DNA of 64,000 nt from Felis catus (lineage: Eukaryota): contig NC_058382.1 of assembly GCF_018350175.1 (NCBI RefSeq), forward strand, positions 50,718,001-50,782,000. Direction: 5' to 3'. Shown here piece by piece: positions 63,915 through 64,000 of this stretch. Each line of letters starts with the position of its first letter. Positions within the stretch are counted from its first letter, which is position 1. A model generated the notes under the pieces. That model was not told the origin of the DNA, did not search any database, and worked only from the letters and a program-made list of their open reading frames with translations. The position numbers and the translations under genes were made by a program.

Positions 63915-64000
63915 GCTGATTTTGAACCCCGGCATTACCACTTGGTAGTTGAGTCACTTACAATTCTGCTAATTTTTGCTTTATGCAGTCTGGGGCTAAG
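63915..64000 (+). mobile_element. MIR relic
   Basis: ttttgaaccccggcattaccacttggtagttg. Confidence 0.4.

Noticed and set aside
1..64000. tRNA genes, CRISPR arrays or a prokaryote-type system
   Set aside because: All tRNA-like segments are CanSINE heads; there are no regularly spaced repeat-spacer arrays or operon-like ORFs.

Overview
This is a 64-kb AT-rich mammalian window from a felid. The evidence is carnivore tRNA-derived CanSINEs, including near-consensus SINEC_Fc-type copies, and carnivore-type L1 3' ends. I can support no protein-coding exon, RNA gene or CRISPR array. The ORF track is explained by SINE, L1 and microsatellite read-through or by chance. The window looks like deep intronic or intergenic DNA containing about 39 CanSINEs, about 10 L1 fragments, L2/MIR relics, MLT1 and ERV-type solo LTRs, DNA-transposon fossils (MER33, MER63, a Tigger transposase remnant, a Tigger-like MITE) and microsatellites. 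I found no convincing novel biological system. The best leads are small: a 24-bp inversion inside a SINE, a fold-back hairpin at a SINE truncation, candidate minus-strand small exons, motif-dense candidate regulatory elements and an L1/LTR orientation bias. Repeat subfamily names come from recalled consensus sequences rather than a database search, and boundaries of old repeats are approximate.
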